Assembly: GCF_963921235.1 (NCBI RefSeq)
Contig: NC_086106.1
Coordinates: 34,410,001-34,474,000, forward strand
Direction of reading: 5' to 3'
DNA: 64,000 nucleotides
From: Mobula hypostoma
Lineage: Eukaryota
Both the position numbers and the translations under genes were made by a program. Below, piece after piece: positions 14,151-26,309 of this stretch; positions within the stretch are counted from its first letter, which is position 1, and each line of letters starts with the position of its first letter. The notes beneath the pieces are model-generated. The model searched no databases. It saw only the letters and a list, made by a program, of their open reading frames with translations, and was not told the DNA's origin.

Positions 14151-15020
14151 CTTACCGCTAGATTTTGTTTTCAATGTGTGCATTCATGTAATTTTGGAGT
14201 TTCGGTAATGCTTTTATTTTGTCCGTATTGAATATCACTGCCTATGCCCATCATGTGAATCCTGACTGTAACCAATATCCAGAGTGAAGCTCAAAGCTTT
14301 CGATTCCAGGACATCTGATAAGCATGGTAGGACTGTTTCCAGTGCTACTTTCAGTAGCATCGTGATAACAGTTTTCGTAAGGATTACATTATGCATTGTA
14401 CGGCATTGTGATATATACATTATATAACATACCTGTTGCTATTCCTGTTGCCCTGAACAGCTTATGGCCTGCCAAGGAATCTGTAGATCTCGTCTGTTAG
14501 TTCTATAATTTCTCTGCATAAATTTTACGTTGGAATTATTTTAAAATACAACTTATTCTATAATGACCAACTTCTTCATAATTCAATGAAACATTTAGTT
14601 CTCAACGTAGAAAATAAAAATGTACTCAAGTGGAGAATGGAAATTGGAACTGAGATGTGTTACTCAAGATGATTATTAGAAATGATATGATTCTGCAATA
14701 ACTCCTGCAGAAGTGCGAGAAATATTTTGGGAAGTGTCCGATAGAATACAGATTCCCTGACAGATTGTGGATAAGAAGAAATAAAAGAAACAATTAATAT
14801 ATTCATTTCTAAAACACTACCCTGAAAGAAGGACTTAAATGGGACATTATGGTTACTTTACAGGAAAACTGAACATTCCAGAAAATTACCTTCGTGCATC
14901 AAACTCTATTTTGGAAAGTAATTATACATGGAAAAATAAAACCAGCTAACGGAGGAACACATTAAAACTCAACGTCCAGTAATTCCTAAGGATTACATGC
15001 TCTATGTTTTTGAATACTAA

Positions 15021-15332
15021 GAAAGGCATCCGTTAGTCTTGCGAGACCATGAATCTGCGTCTGGAAATTCTTCACTCTCCAGGGCACAGGCCTGGGCAAG
15101 GTTGTATGGAAGATCAGCAGTTGCTCATGTTGCAAGTCTCCCCTCTCCACGCCAACAATGTAGTCCAAGGAAAGGGCATTAGGACCCATACAGCTTGGCA
15201 CCAGTGTCGTCGCAGGGCAATGTGTGATTAAGTGCCTTGCTCAAGGACACAACACGTTGCCTCGGCTGGGGCTCGAACTCACGACCTTCCGTCGCCAGTT
15301 CAATGCCGTAACCACTTGGCCACGTGCCCACA
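15021..15332 (-). mobile_element. tRNA-derived SINE with an RTE-like 3' tail
   Basis: Minus strand has A box TGGCCAAGTGG and B box GAGTTCGAGCC, a gtgtccttgagcaaggcactt body, and a 3' end ...ggtctcgcaagactaacggatgcc. Confidence 0.75.
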
Positions 15333-16009
15333 CTTGAATATTTAGAGAGGCAGCCTTTTAAACATGGACCTTCTTTCAGAGTGTGAAATTACATTGCTAT
15401 ACTGAAAGGGTCATCAAATTGTTTCACAGGAGAATCAGTTTCCAATCTGTTGCATGAAAATTTCATCTTACCTTTTCTTATTATAAAGGACATATTTTGC
15501 TGTCATTGACGTAGCACTACTTTTGTAAAAGTCAATCCAATAGCAATTGACAATGCGGAATCAAAAGGTTGGGAGAAAGTGAACCAAAGTTGTTATAGGT
15601 TTGCCGGGGCAATTTTGCAGCTGTTAAGCATCCACTAGTTCACCCATAATGACAGAACACCACCTTTGAGTTAGAGATTGTGGTAAAGAGAGAATCAGAT
15701 GGAATGGTCAAAAGTGTGCGTTAGCACATAATCATTAGGACCTTTCTCAGTTGCAGGCATTTCTGGGGTATGCACAATAATCGAACCATTACATACATAT
15801 GTAATAGCAATAATACAGGGATATGAATTATAAATGGGCTCATTTTTTGTACGTTTCCAATCAGCATCTGATCATTATATCTCAGATATAAAGGAGCTGG
15901 TGTATTTATCACTTCATCTGAATGTCGTGTCACTTGATGTAATGTGAAGCTGGAGTTGTACTGTCTTTTCATATCAATTCCATTCTATCATATTCAAGTT
16001 ACACTTAAC

Positions 16010-18310
16010 CCGGAGTGAGCTTATCACCTCCCATAAATGTTCTGAACAGAAGGGAACCAGTCTGCCAACATCAACCCCGACAATCCCCAGTGCATCTGAA
16101 TCTACAGCATCAAGACGGATGTAAGATCAGTCTGCCTGGTATTGTCCCTGACCGTGTCCTGAGTTCTTGTGAGGATCAACTGGTTGGCATACTTTCAAAC
16201 TGTTTAAACCTCTCCCTGCTCCATGCTGTGGTTCCCTCCTGCTTTAAGAAGGTACTATCATCCCAGTAACCCCCCTCTGCAAATAAACCTCCCCCCAAAA
16301 AAGTATCAAGATATCGGACCTTAACAGCTGTTGCCCACACGGTCTGACATCTACCACGATGATGTTCCTCGAGTGGTTGGTCAAGGCACACAACGTCTCC
16401 GAATTTGTCTGTCAACCTTGACTCATTGTACTTTGTCTACTGCTGAAACAGGTCTACAACAAATTCCAACTCCCTCGACCTACACTCAGCCCTTGAGCAT
16501 CTGTACAATACACATATCTACATCAGGCTATGTCTATTGAATACAGCTTACCTTCAGTGTTATTATTCCAAATAAATTCAACACAAATCTCTAGACCCTG
16601 GTAGTCAGAGCTTCCCTTTCAGTCTTCTGAGACTAGATCCTTGGCATCTTAACCAAAAGACCACAGTTATAAGGATAGGCAGCAAGATCTCCAGCATGAT
16701 TATTCTAAACACTGGTTGTCAACGAGGTTGTGTCCTCAGCCGCTTGCTGTATTCCCTGTGACTGCGTAGCCAGATTATGTTCAAACTGCATCTACAAGTT
16801 TGCAGATAATACCACCGAGATGGGCCACATCTCAAATAACAATGAGTTGGAGCTCAGAAAACTGAATCAAATTAACAATTATCACTAACATATATCATGA
16901 AATTTGTTGTTTTATGGCAACAGAATTGTACAAGACATGCAAGAAACTAAAAGTTAGGATAAAATGAGATGAATAAATAGTGCAAAAGAAGCATAGTAAG
17001 GTAGTGTTTATAAGTTAATGGGCCATTCAGAAATCAGGTGGAGGATTGGACAAAGCTGTTCCTCAAATGTTACGTATGAACATTAAGGCTTGTGTACCTT
17101 CACCCTGATGTTATTAATAAGAAGAAGTCATGTCTGGATGATAAGGGTTGATGGATGGAGTCTTCTGGAGATACAGTCTCTTGAAGATGTTTTCAATGGC
17201 AGGGAAGATTTTGCCCGTGACAGAGCTGGCTGCATCTACAAACATCTGCAGCGTCTTTCGATCTTGTGCATTGGAGCCTTCATACCAGCTGGTGATGCAA
17301 CCAGTCCTAATGCTCTCCACAGTATATATGTAGAAATTTGCTGATGTCTTTGGCAACATTCCAAATCTGCTGAAACTCCTAATGAAGTATGGCCGCTGGC
17401 GTGCTTTCTTCGTGATTGAATTAATGTGCTAAGCACGGAATAGATTGTCGGTGATGTTGACGCCCTGGTACATGAGGGAGATCGAGAGCTTAGTGGCATG
17501 GAATCATGAGAACAATATTTCCCTCAACAACAACAAAACAAATGAATTTTGTTTACTTCAGAAAGGCAGACAGTGCACATGCTCCTCACTACATCAGCTG
17601 TTGAGGATTGGAGTGTTGAGAATTTAAGTTCCTAAGGGAGAACATAGCCAATTGCCCATCCTGGCCCAACTACCTAAACATCAGACCAAGAAAGCTCAGC
17701 AATGCCTCTACTTCCTCAGGATAATTCTAGAATTTAGCATATTCCCGTCCATCTTGCCAACTTTTATCGAAGCATCATAGAAAGCACACTGACTGGATGT
17801 AAAACGGCTTAGTATGGCGACGCCCTAGGTGTGACCTCAAGAAACTACAGAGAGTCCTGGACACAGCTCAGCACATCACGTGAATCACTTTCCCCTCTAT
17901 AGACTCTGTCTATACGTCTCACTGCCTCAGTAAAGCAACCAGCATAATCAAAGAGCCCGCCCACCCCGGTCATGTTTTCATCTCCGTTCTTCCACTGGGC
18001 AGAAGATACCAGGTTCAAGAAGAACTTCTATATCATTGTTACCAGACGACTGAATGGTTCGCTGGTATAAAATGGTGGACTCTTGATTTCACAGTCTACC
18101 TCTTTGTGACTTTTAACCTTATTTAGTATTGGCACTACACTTTCTGTGCCCTGCAACACTTTATTCTGCACCCTGTTATGCTTTATCTTATTCCTGTTAT
18201 GCTTTATCTTATATTTTCTCAGCATACTGTTGCATTGAATTCATCTGTATGGACGGTATGCAAAACAAGGTTTCGACTATACCTCAGTACATGTGGCAAT
18301 AGTAAACCAT
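16010..18310. mobile_element. Cluster of Rex1/L2-type LINE RT fragments in both orientations
   Basis: GPD.IPG.VL..C..QL, KFADDT and WC..NNL.LN motifs; plus strand 16010-16860 and 17450-18310, minus strand 17030-17480. Confidence 0.75.
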
Positions 18311-18509
18311 CTTACCATTTTACCAGTTTAGTACTCTGGATTATACTGTGCACCGCTTCACACGTTCCTATAGTAAGCAAGTGCTATCATTCACGTGACT
18401 AAATATAGAGATTGAATGTGTTTTGAAATTATCCTAACAGTTGTGTTGTCATTCAGAAATCTGAATATGGAGGGGAAGGAGCTGTTCTTAAAAAGGATGT
18501 TGCAGGTCC

Positions 18510-19345
18510 TCAATCTCCTGTGTCTTCTAGCCAGGTCAGGCAACATCTATAGAGAGGAATATGCACTGTATGTTTCTGCCCGAGAACTTTCATCAGGACT
18601 CGAAAGGAAGGGGGAAGAAACAGGAAAAAGAATATGGGGAGAGGGCAGTGGAATGAGTACAAGCAGGCAAGTGGTAGGTAAGACCAGATGAGGAGGCAGT
18701 TGGGAGAGAGGGGAAGGGGTGATGGTGAGAAGTTTGGAAGAGGTAAAGGACTGAAGAGGAAGGAGTCTGATAGAAGCGGACGTTGGGCCACGGAAGAGAG
18801 CGATGGAAGAGGGGAGGGGTTGGTGAGGCAAAGAGAAAGCATGAGAGGGGATCCAGAATGGGGAATCGAAAAAGACATAAGGGGAGGTGGGTGGGGGAGA
18901 AATTACCAAAAGTTAGAGAAATCGATGTTCCTGACATCAGAGTGATGATTACCCAGAAGGAGGTGTTGTGTCTCCTCACCAAGTGTCCCCTCATTGTGGC
19001 AGTAGTGGGGGCCATGGGCAGACATGTTGGAATGAGAATTCAAATTGAAATGGTAAACACCGGAGAACACCGCCTTTTCTGGCAGACAGAGCGATGGTGT
19101 GAAACAGTCCCATAACCTACGTCGATTCTTACTGATGTGAAAAGGCGGTAAGTTGAGAACCAGATATACTAGAAGGCCCAGACCACCTCGTAGGTGAAGT
19201 GTCACCTCACCTGGTAGGGCTGTTTTAGAGCAGTGAATGCTGGCGAGGAGGCTGGAGTAGCATTTGTCGGGAGTACCTCTTGCGGAGATATGAGCCAGAA
19301 GGGTGATTAGCGCGGAGGGACGAGTGGACGAGGGAGTCAGATGGA
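18510..19345 (-). mobile_element. Penelope-like element 3' portion (GIY-YIG remnant; hammerhead-like motif at 18565-18600)
   Basis: HISKNRRRLWDCF (compare YIGETKRRL.DRF) and EETQHLL...NIDFSNF*; AGTC-CTGATGA...GAAAC. Confidence 0.8.
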
Positions 19346-19369
19346 GACTTCTTCTTCAGGTAACTTGCT

Positions 19370-19620
19370 ATAGAAAGACTACATCCTTCTATCTCCTTCA
19401 TCTATCATCTCCCAGCTTCTTACTTCATCCATTTCCATCTCCCCATCTACTATACCCCCATCTGTTCTCTTGTATTACCTGCCAGGGTGTACTTCCCTTT
19501 CTCTCGCCTCCTTATTTTGGCTTCTTCCCCTGTCGGTTTGAAACTTCAATAGTTATTCGTCATCAGAAATGATACCTGACCTGCTGAGTTCCTTCAGCAT
19601 TCTGTGTGCGCTGTTTGGAA
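19370..19620 (+). mobile_element. Penelope terminal repeat, inverted relative to 18510-19345
   Basis: Pyrimidine-rich pLTR ending cctgacctgctgagttccttcagcatt. Confidence 0.65.
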
Positions 19621-19919
19621 ATTGTTTTGTTTTCTTATCAGCTCCTCAAATGAAAAGTGCTCCTATCTTTTCATAATCATGGCATCCTCCTCTATTTGGT
19701 GCGATACAAATTTAAATATAAAAAGTTTACTTTTCCTGTCTGACTTCTTCCTTCGCCCTTAATTTAGGATGTTTCTTTCAGCCTCTCTCTCTCTCATGTG
19801 CATAAACACAGTCCGGCACACATGCACGACCATACAGATACATGATCTGATAACGAATTCGGCAGGCCATACCCAGAATCTCTTTCCTTTCCTTTACTTT
19901 ACTTTGTTGATGCCAAACA

Positions 19920-22900
19920 ATTGATACCAGAGCGTACAATCATCAGAGTGATATCTGATTCTACGCTTCACACTCCCTGGAGAACAAATCGATAGTAAAT
20001 AGTAAAAATTTTAAAAATAAATAAATTATAAATAATAAATGGAAAATAGAAAAGAGAAAGTAAGGTATTCAAAAAAAAAAACAAAACAAGAGGCAGGTCC
20101 GGATATTTGGAGGGTACGGCCCAGATCCGGGTCAGGATCTGTTCAACAGTCTCACCACAGTTGGAAAGAAGCTGTTCACAAATCTAGCCGTACGAGTCTT
20201 CAAGTTTTTGAGCCTTGTCCCGGAGGGAAGAGAGACGAAATGTGTGTTGGCTGGGTGTGTCGTGTCCTTGATTATACCGGCAGCACTGCTCCGACAGCAT
20301 GCGGTGTAAAGTGAATCCAAGGATGGAAGATTGCTTTGTGTGATTTGTTGAGCTGTGTTCACGATCTTTTGCAGTTTCTTCTGGTCTTGGGCAGGACAAC
20401 TTGCATACCAGGTTGTGATGCACGCTAGGAGAATGCTCTTTACAGTGCATATATAAAAAATAGTGAAGGTTTTAGGGGACAGGCCACATTCCATTCGCTT
20501 TCTCAGGAAGTAAAAGCGCTGGGGGGCCTTCCCGGCAGTGGACTCTGCTTGGTTGGACCAAGTCAGGTCATTTGTAATATTGACCCCGAGAAACTTAAAG
20601 CTTTTCACCTGTTCCACTTGCGCACCGCCGATGTAAATGGGGTCGTGCGGTCCACGACTCCTTCCGAAGTCAACAAGCAATTCCTTCCTCTTGCTGACGT
20701 TGAGGGATAGGTTATTGTCTTTGCACCATGCCACCAGGTTCTTAATTTCTCTCTGTACTCAAACATATCAGTACCAGAGATACGGCCTACAATTGTGGTG
20801 GCATCAGCAAAGTTATATATTGAGTTCGATGGAAACTTATCTACACCATCATAGGTGTACTGGTGGGACACCGGTGCTCAGAGTGATTATAGAGGAGAGC
20901 TCGTGCCCTATTTTTACAGCCTGGGTCCTGTCTGTGAGGAAGTTGAAGATCCAGCTGCAGATCTGAGTGCTTAGGCCTAGGTTCCGGAGCTTAGGGATCA
21001 GTTTATTTGGAATGATGGCATTAAAGGCAGAGCCGTAGTCAATGAAAATGAGCCTTACATATGTGTCCTTATTCTCCAGGTGTTCAGGAGGAATATAGGG
21101 CCAGAGAGATGGCATCTGCCATTGTGTTGCTCCGGTAGACAAATTGCAAAGCAACGAGGTTGACCGGTAGGCTGTGGTTGATGTGTGTCATAACCAATCG
21201 CTCAAAGCACTTCATAGCAATTGATGTCAGAGCCACAGGTCGATAGTCATTCAGGCATGCCACCTTGCTCTTCTTCGGCATCAGGATTATCGTCCCTTCT
21301 TAAAATACGAGGGGATCTTAGACTGAAGCAAGGAGCAGTGGAAAATGTCAGCGAACATTCCAGCTAGCTCGCTTGCACAGGCCCGGAGAACCCGTCCCGG
21401 GACACCATCTGGGCCCATCGCCTTCCTTGGATTTATCTTCAGGAAGGCCCTTCTGTCTTTCTCCTCGGTAACGATGAATCTCCATGCCACCAGGTCCGGT
21501 TCATCCGGAGGGGGCGGGACGCTCCTCTACTGTTCGAATCTTGCGTAGAATACGTTAAGTTCGTCAGGAAGAGAAGCGCCACAGTTATTGACATTCCCAG
21601 CCTTTTCTTTGCGCCCAGTGATCTCATTTAGACCCTACCATAATCTACCGGCATCCCTCTGGTTAGCCTGGGCTTCCAACTTTGCTGGATATTGTCTCTT
21701 GGCGCCCTTAATGGCTTTCCGGAGTTCACGCCTGGACTCCGTATAGCGACTGTTATCCCCGGACCTAAAAGCAGCAGCTCTGGCCTTCAAAGGGGACTTG
21801 ACCTCATAATTCACCCAAGGTTTCCAGTTAGGGAATATCCGGATCGTCTTGAGAGACACACAGTCCTCTGTGCACTTGCAGATAAAGTCCGCGACAGCTG
21901 AGGCATACTTATCGAGGTTAGCTGCCAAGTCCTTGAATACTAACCATCAAAGCTGAATACTAACCATCGAGGCAGTCACGAAGCACCTCATCCATTTCCT
22001 CCGCCCAACGCGGCACCACTTTTGACACCGTGCCCTCCCGCTTCAGTTTCTGTATGTTAGCCAGGAGGAGGAGTGCGACCTGTTGGTCTGATTTTCCGAA
22101 GTGAGGTCGTGGGACGGAACGGTAGGCATTCTTGATTGCTGTGTAGTAGTGGTCAAGTGTATTCAGGCCTCTAGTAGGGCAGGAGACATGTTGGTATAAA
22201 TTTGGCAGCGCCTTTCTGAGGTTGGCCTGGTTAAAGTCCCTGACTGTAATGAGCAAAGCCTCCGGATACCTCGTCTCAAGTTCACTGATGTTGACATACA
22301 GTCTTTTCAGAGCACACTCCACGTCCGCCTGGGGGGAATGTAGACCGCAGTCAGTATGAACGAGGTGAATTCCTTTGGCAGATAGTAGGGACGACACTTC
22401 ACCAACCGGTGTTCCAGGTGCGGGCTGCAGGAGCTTGCCAGTGCCACTGTGTCCAAGCACCACGCAGTGTTGATCAGTGGGCAGACACCACTTCCCCTCG
22501 TCTTGCCCAAAGACGCAATGCGGTCCATCTGATGGATCGAAAATCTCTCTGGTCGGATGGCACAGTCTGGTGTGCTGGGGGAGAGCCAGGTCTCAGTGAA
22601 ACAGAATAAACAGCAGTTCTGCATCTCTCTGCGGTAGGTATGTCTCCCTTTAAGATCATCCATCTTGTTCTCAATGGCTTGCACGTTACCTAGTCGGATG
22701 GTGGGTAAAATGACCTGAAGCCCCTCAGCTTCAATCTGACCAGCAGCCCAGCTCTTTTATAACGCTTCTTCTGTAAATAGTGCATCTTTCCAGGTGTCCA
22801 TTGATGCAGTGTGTTATTGGCAGCTCTTTGAAGTTGATGGACGCGTCCCGCGGGGAGCGATCGGCGGGCCGCGTAGTTGGGCGCTCCCGGTGGGGCCGAG

Positions 22901-23110
22901 TGACGGGGGAGGCTTCGCTGCCACTTCCAGCTGCCAGGAGCCCGGGGTGTCGATTGGGTCGGGCCCCACAGCCAACACTTAATCCCGGAAGGCCGGACTC
23001 CAGGCTGAAACAAGTCCGTTAGCTGAGTCGGTATCTGGCAACTCTGCGCGTGCTCTCCCGAGCAAGCTGCCCTCTATACTATTCTATACCCGAAAAACTC
23101 CTTTAAACCT
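19920..23110 (-). mobile_element. Rex1/Babar-type LINE, near-complete ORF2 with frameshifts
   Basis: APE (CFTETW, GGVC, DFNQANL) and RT ([45 protein letters not shown]) spread over successive ORF fragments. Confidence 0.88.
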
Positions 23111-25164
23111 CCAATCTGCTACATCTAGCAGGATCAACAACACCCTGGCGAAGCTACTGATCCAGCTGGAGATCAGCGCGCCAGAATTGCTTGTTCAACT
23201 CTGGACCGCACCTGGACGCAGCTAGCGGGGCCTGGTCCGAGTCTTCGCTTTCCTTTGCAGTATTCGCCAGACAAACCTGACTGACGTGCTAAGAAATTCC
23301 TTCCATTGGAAATCAAACTGAAACGTCAACATTGAATCCTTCTCCACATATGCAAAAGCGTTTTTTACTGTTGTGTTCAGTCGCATTATATTCTTTCGAA
23401 CCCAACTGTCGGAAAGTTTATTGTTGGCCAGAGGTTAATGCAGCAATCATGTATTAACAAATGCTGAAGTTCACAGATTCTGGTGGTTCTTTGGAAAGTA
23501 ACAAATCAAACCGTGTCAGATCGTTCTGCTTCTGTACGAGGCCCAAAGAAGATGTATTGTGAACGATCGTTCATCCGAGCTATAGTTCTGTTTCATTTAT
23601 CGGTATATTTACCATAGGGAAGTTCAATGTTTATTTGGTGGAATAATATCAGTGGCTAATTGTGTACAAAACTGCCAGGTCCGCAGTTTTTTTTTCTACA
23701 GGTTAGACGAATAAGATTGATTGCATTGTAGAGACAAAATGAATATTGTTTTTATAAAAAGCAACTCTTGTGTTGGATCCTATAAAGTGTTCTAAGTAAA
23801 ATTAGGAGCCAATTTTCTATTTCTTTCCCTCACAAGTTAAAACAAACATTGCCTAAATGTTACCAGTAAATTTTGGGTGGACTGAGGTCAAATGGTTTTA
23901 ATTTGTTAGATGAGACTGTTGGCATTCATGAGATAATGCGGATAAATGGAAAGAGAATACACACAGGCAAAAATGCTAAAAACCCTCGCCTTGCAATACC
24001 AGCAATGATCAGTGGATGGCAGTAACGGGTCCCTGAAATGAAATATCTTCCAGTCAATAAATGAGAACTGGAGATCCCAAATTAGAATTATTACTGCTTC
24101 AGCTTCTTTTTTTTTTCTGCTTGGATCCAATGAATATGGATTAATATCTTATAAAGACGACGAGTATAAATATTTCCTGGTCATGGTGCAAAAGTTGAAT
24201 TTATGGCACGGGCACCAATTAGGAAAGGAGAGCAGATATTCTTTCCAAAAGGACACGAGCAAACCAATTGTGTATTTGTTCCGTAATTTTTGCTCATGTC
24301 TTGTGATCTTCTAAAGCTAACTTTAAATACGGATATTTATTTTTAATGAGATGATGATCTCAATTTTTGGGGTTTGCAAATCATGTCGCTGGCTATTAAT
24401 CCAGTGGCAAATATGTTTTGAAAATAACGCTTTCCATGCTATCAAAGCTCTTTTATTATTTTTTTCATTCACCGAATTCCACAGCAACATGCTCAAACAT
24501 TCCCGACAACATGCATTGAATGAAGAAGGAACTCAGCAAGCTATGTAGCATCTATTGAAGGGAAATAAACACTACCTCCACCTTTTCCTTTTTCTGGTGA
24601 AGCTCCTTTCCTATTCTAGTTTCCATGAACTGCGCCCATACAATGTGCGGGATTGCCATGGACTTTCTTTGTCTCAAGTGGACAAGAACGTCTAATTTGA
24701 TGTCAGTGCCACTTGTCTTTAACTCATTGGGGATGGGGGGGGGGGGGTGGAATCTAACGTTCCAGGATTACAACCCCATGAAACTCACCGTCATTTCCAG
24801 CAAGCATACTTTCCTCTCGGTTCCCTGTTGTCTTTTTCTATGAAATTATACATGCTAATATTGCCCAACTGTTTCACATCCTGCTGTCTCAATTCTGTTC
24901 GAAGGAAACTGCTGAGCATTTTCTATTTTCATCTTGACAAATTGAGGCTGATCTTAAAAGTTCAAAATCATCTCGTAAATCGTGGATGAACTTGCAACCA
25001 TCTAATAAGGATAATCACAGAGAAATGGGTGGATGTGCAGATTCACCTGAAGGTGAAGAAGTGCAGTACACCTGTTGGCAGAGGTGGTGGATAAATGAAG
25101 AGGAGCGAGAATATGAAGCTAATTTTCTTCTATTTGAATGCAAGGAATCTAATTAGTGAGGTCA

Positions 25165-26242
25165 TCATCATAGCTTGTCACGCCAGACAGCCAGTCACTC
25201 TAGTGTTGTTTGGTTCATGTTGAGCAGGTCAGTGTCAGCTAAATCAGGTGAGAGTGGGCAGTTGCGTAGAACGTGTTCAATGTTCTGCATCCTTTCGCCA
25301 CGCTCACAGGATTCGCTGGTCTTTAAACCCCACTTCACCATATTGTCTGCCGTCCTACTCCCGCTCTAGCTCTGTTCTGTGTGCACCACTTCCGACTGTC
25401 AAGCAGTGCCCCGTCTGGTAACATTTCTCTGCGGTCTTGCACTGTATTGTTTGGTTCTGGATCTGGCTTCTGTTTGTTGCCAGAGGTCAATCCTGTATGT
25501 TTGGGGAGATGTTCTGTGCGGTAGTTCCTCCACTGTAGCAAAGCTTTTCCTCGATTTTAGGCGGTTGGAAACTGGCACATGATGATGTAGTGGGTGCGTG
25601 GATCTGTTTACCTTTTTCAGTTTTTGTTGTAGTATATCTTCGGATCTCTGGGGGAGCAATCCCTGCAAGTCTTTAAATGATGTTAGTGGGTGTGGGGTGC
25701 AGTATGTCCGTAATTATTCGGCAGGCTTCGTTAAGCAACGGGTCTAATTTATTTGCATGGGCTGATCTGCCAGACACAGGTGTACGGTATTCTGCAGGTG
25801 CATAGCAGATTGATCTCAGTGTGTGAGCATTAGCTCCCCATTTTGTGCCTGCTAGTTTTTTCAAGTGAAAATTGCGAGAGCCAACTTTTCTTGGAGTTTT
25901 TGGATGTGGGTAGTAAATGAGAGCGTCCAGTATCACGCCCACGTAAATTGTAGTCGGATGGTGTTCGAGCTCCTTCCCATACCAGAAGTAAGGTAGTTGA
26001 AGTCAACACTTTAATTGAAACTTTGACTTTAATTAAGATTTTGTTTTCTTTATTATCACACGATTGAAAATTGGGTAATCTGGCCACAGGGTATGGATTT
26101 CTTTTTTTCAGTTAAAACAAGAGGAGATGCCAAAGAGAAGGTGGTATTTCTGTTTCGTAAATCTTGGATTGATAAAATTTGGAAATACTGTGTGTGGGAT
26201 GGAGTAGCTGGGGTCGCCGGATCAGCCAGGGGTACCGGGTAT
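25165..26242 (-). mobile_element. Internally deleted Ingi/Vingi-like non-LTR element inserted into a CR1 fragment
   Basis: RT C-terminus KKLAGTKWGANAHTLR...AEY.TPV.GRSAHANKLDPLLNEACRIIT, (TGA)n 3' tail, 4-bp GTCA duplication (25161-25164 and 26243-26246), and a CCCCTGGC 5' signature. Confidence 0.7.
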
Positions 26243-26309
26243 GTCAAGGGCAGATCTCAGTGATGAATCTGTATTTATTTTAAAGAAGGGAGTTGTGTAT
26301 TAGAACGTA

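Noticed and set aside
18174-18211. Short tandem duplication (ctgttatgctttatctta) and a similar one at 21935-21970
   Set aside because: Ordinary slippage within LINE remnants.
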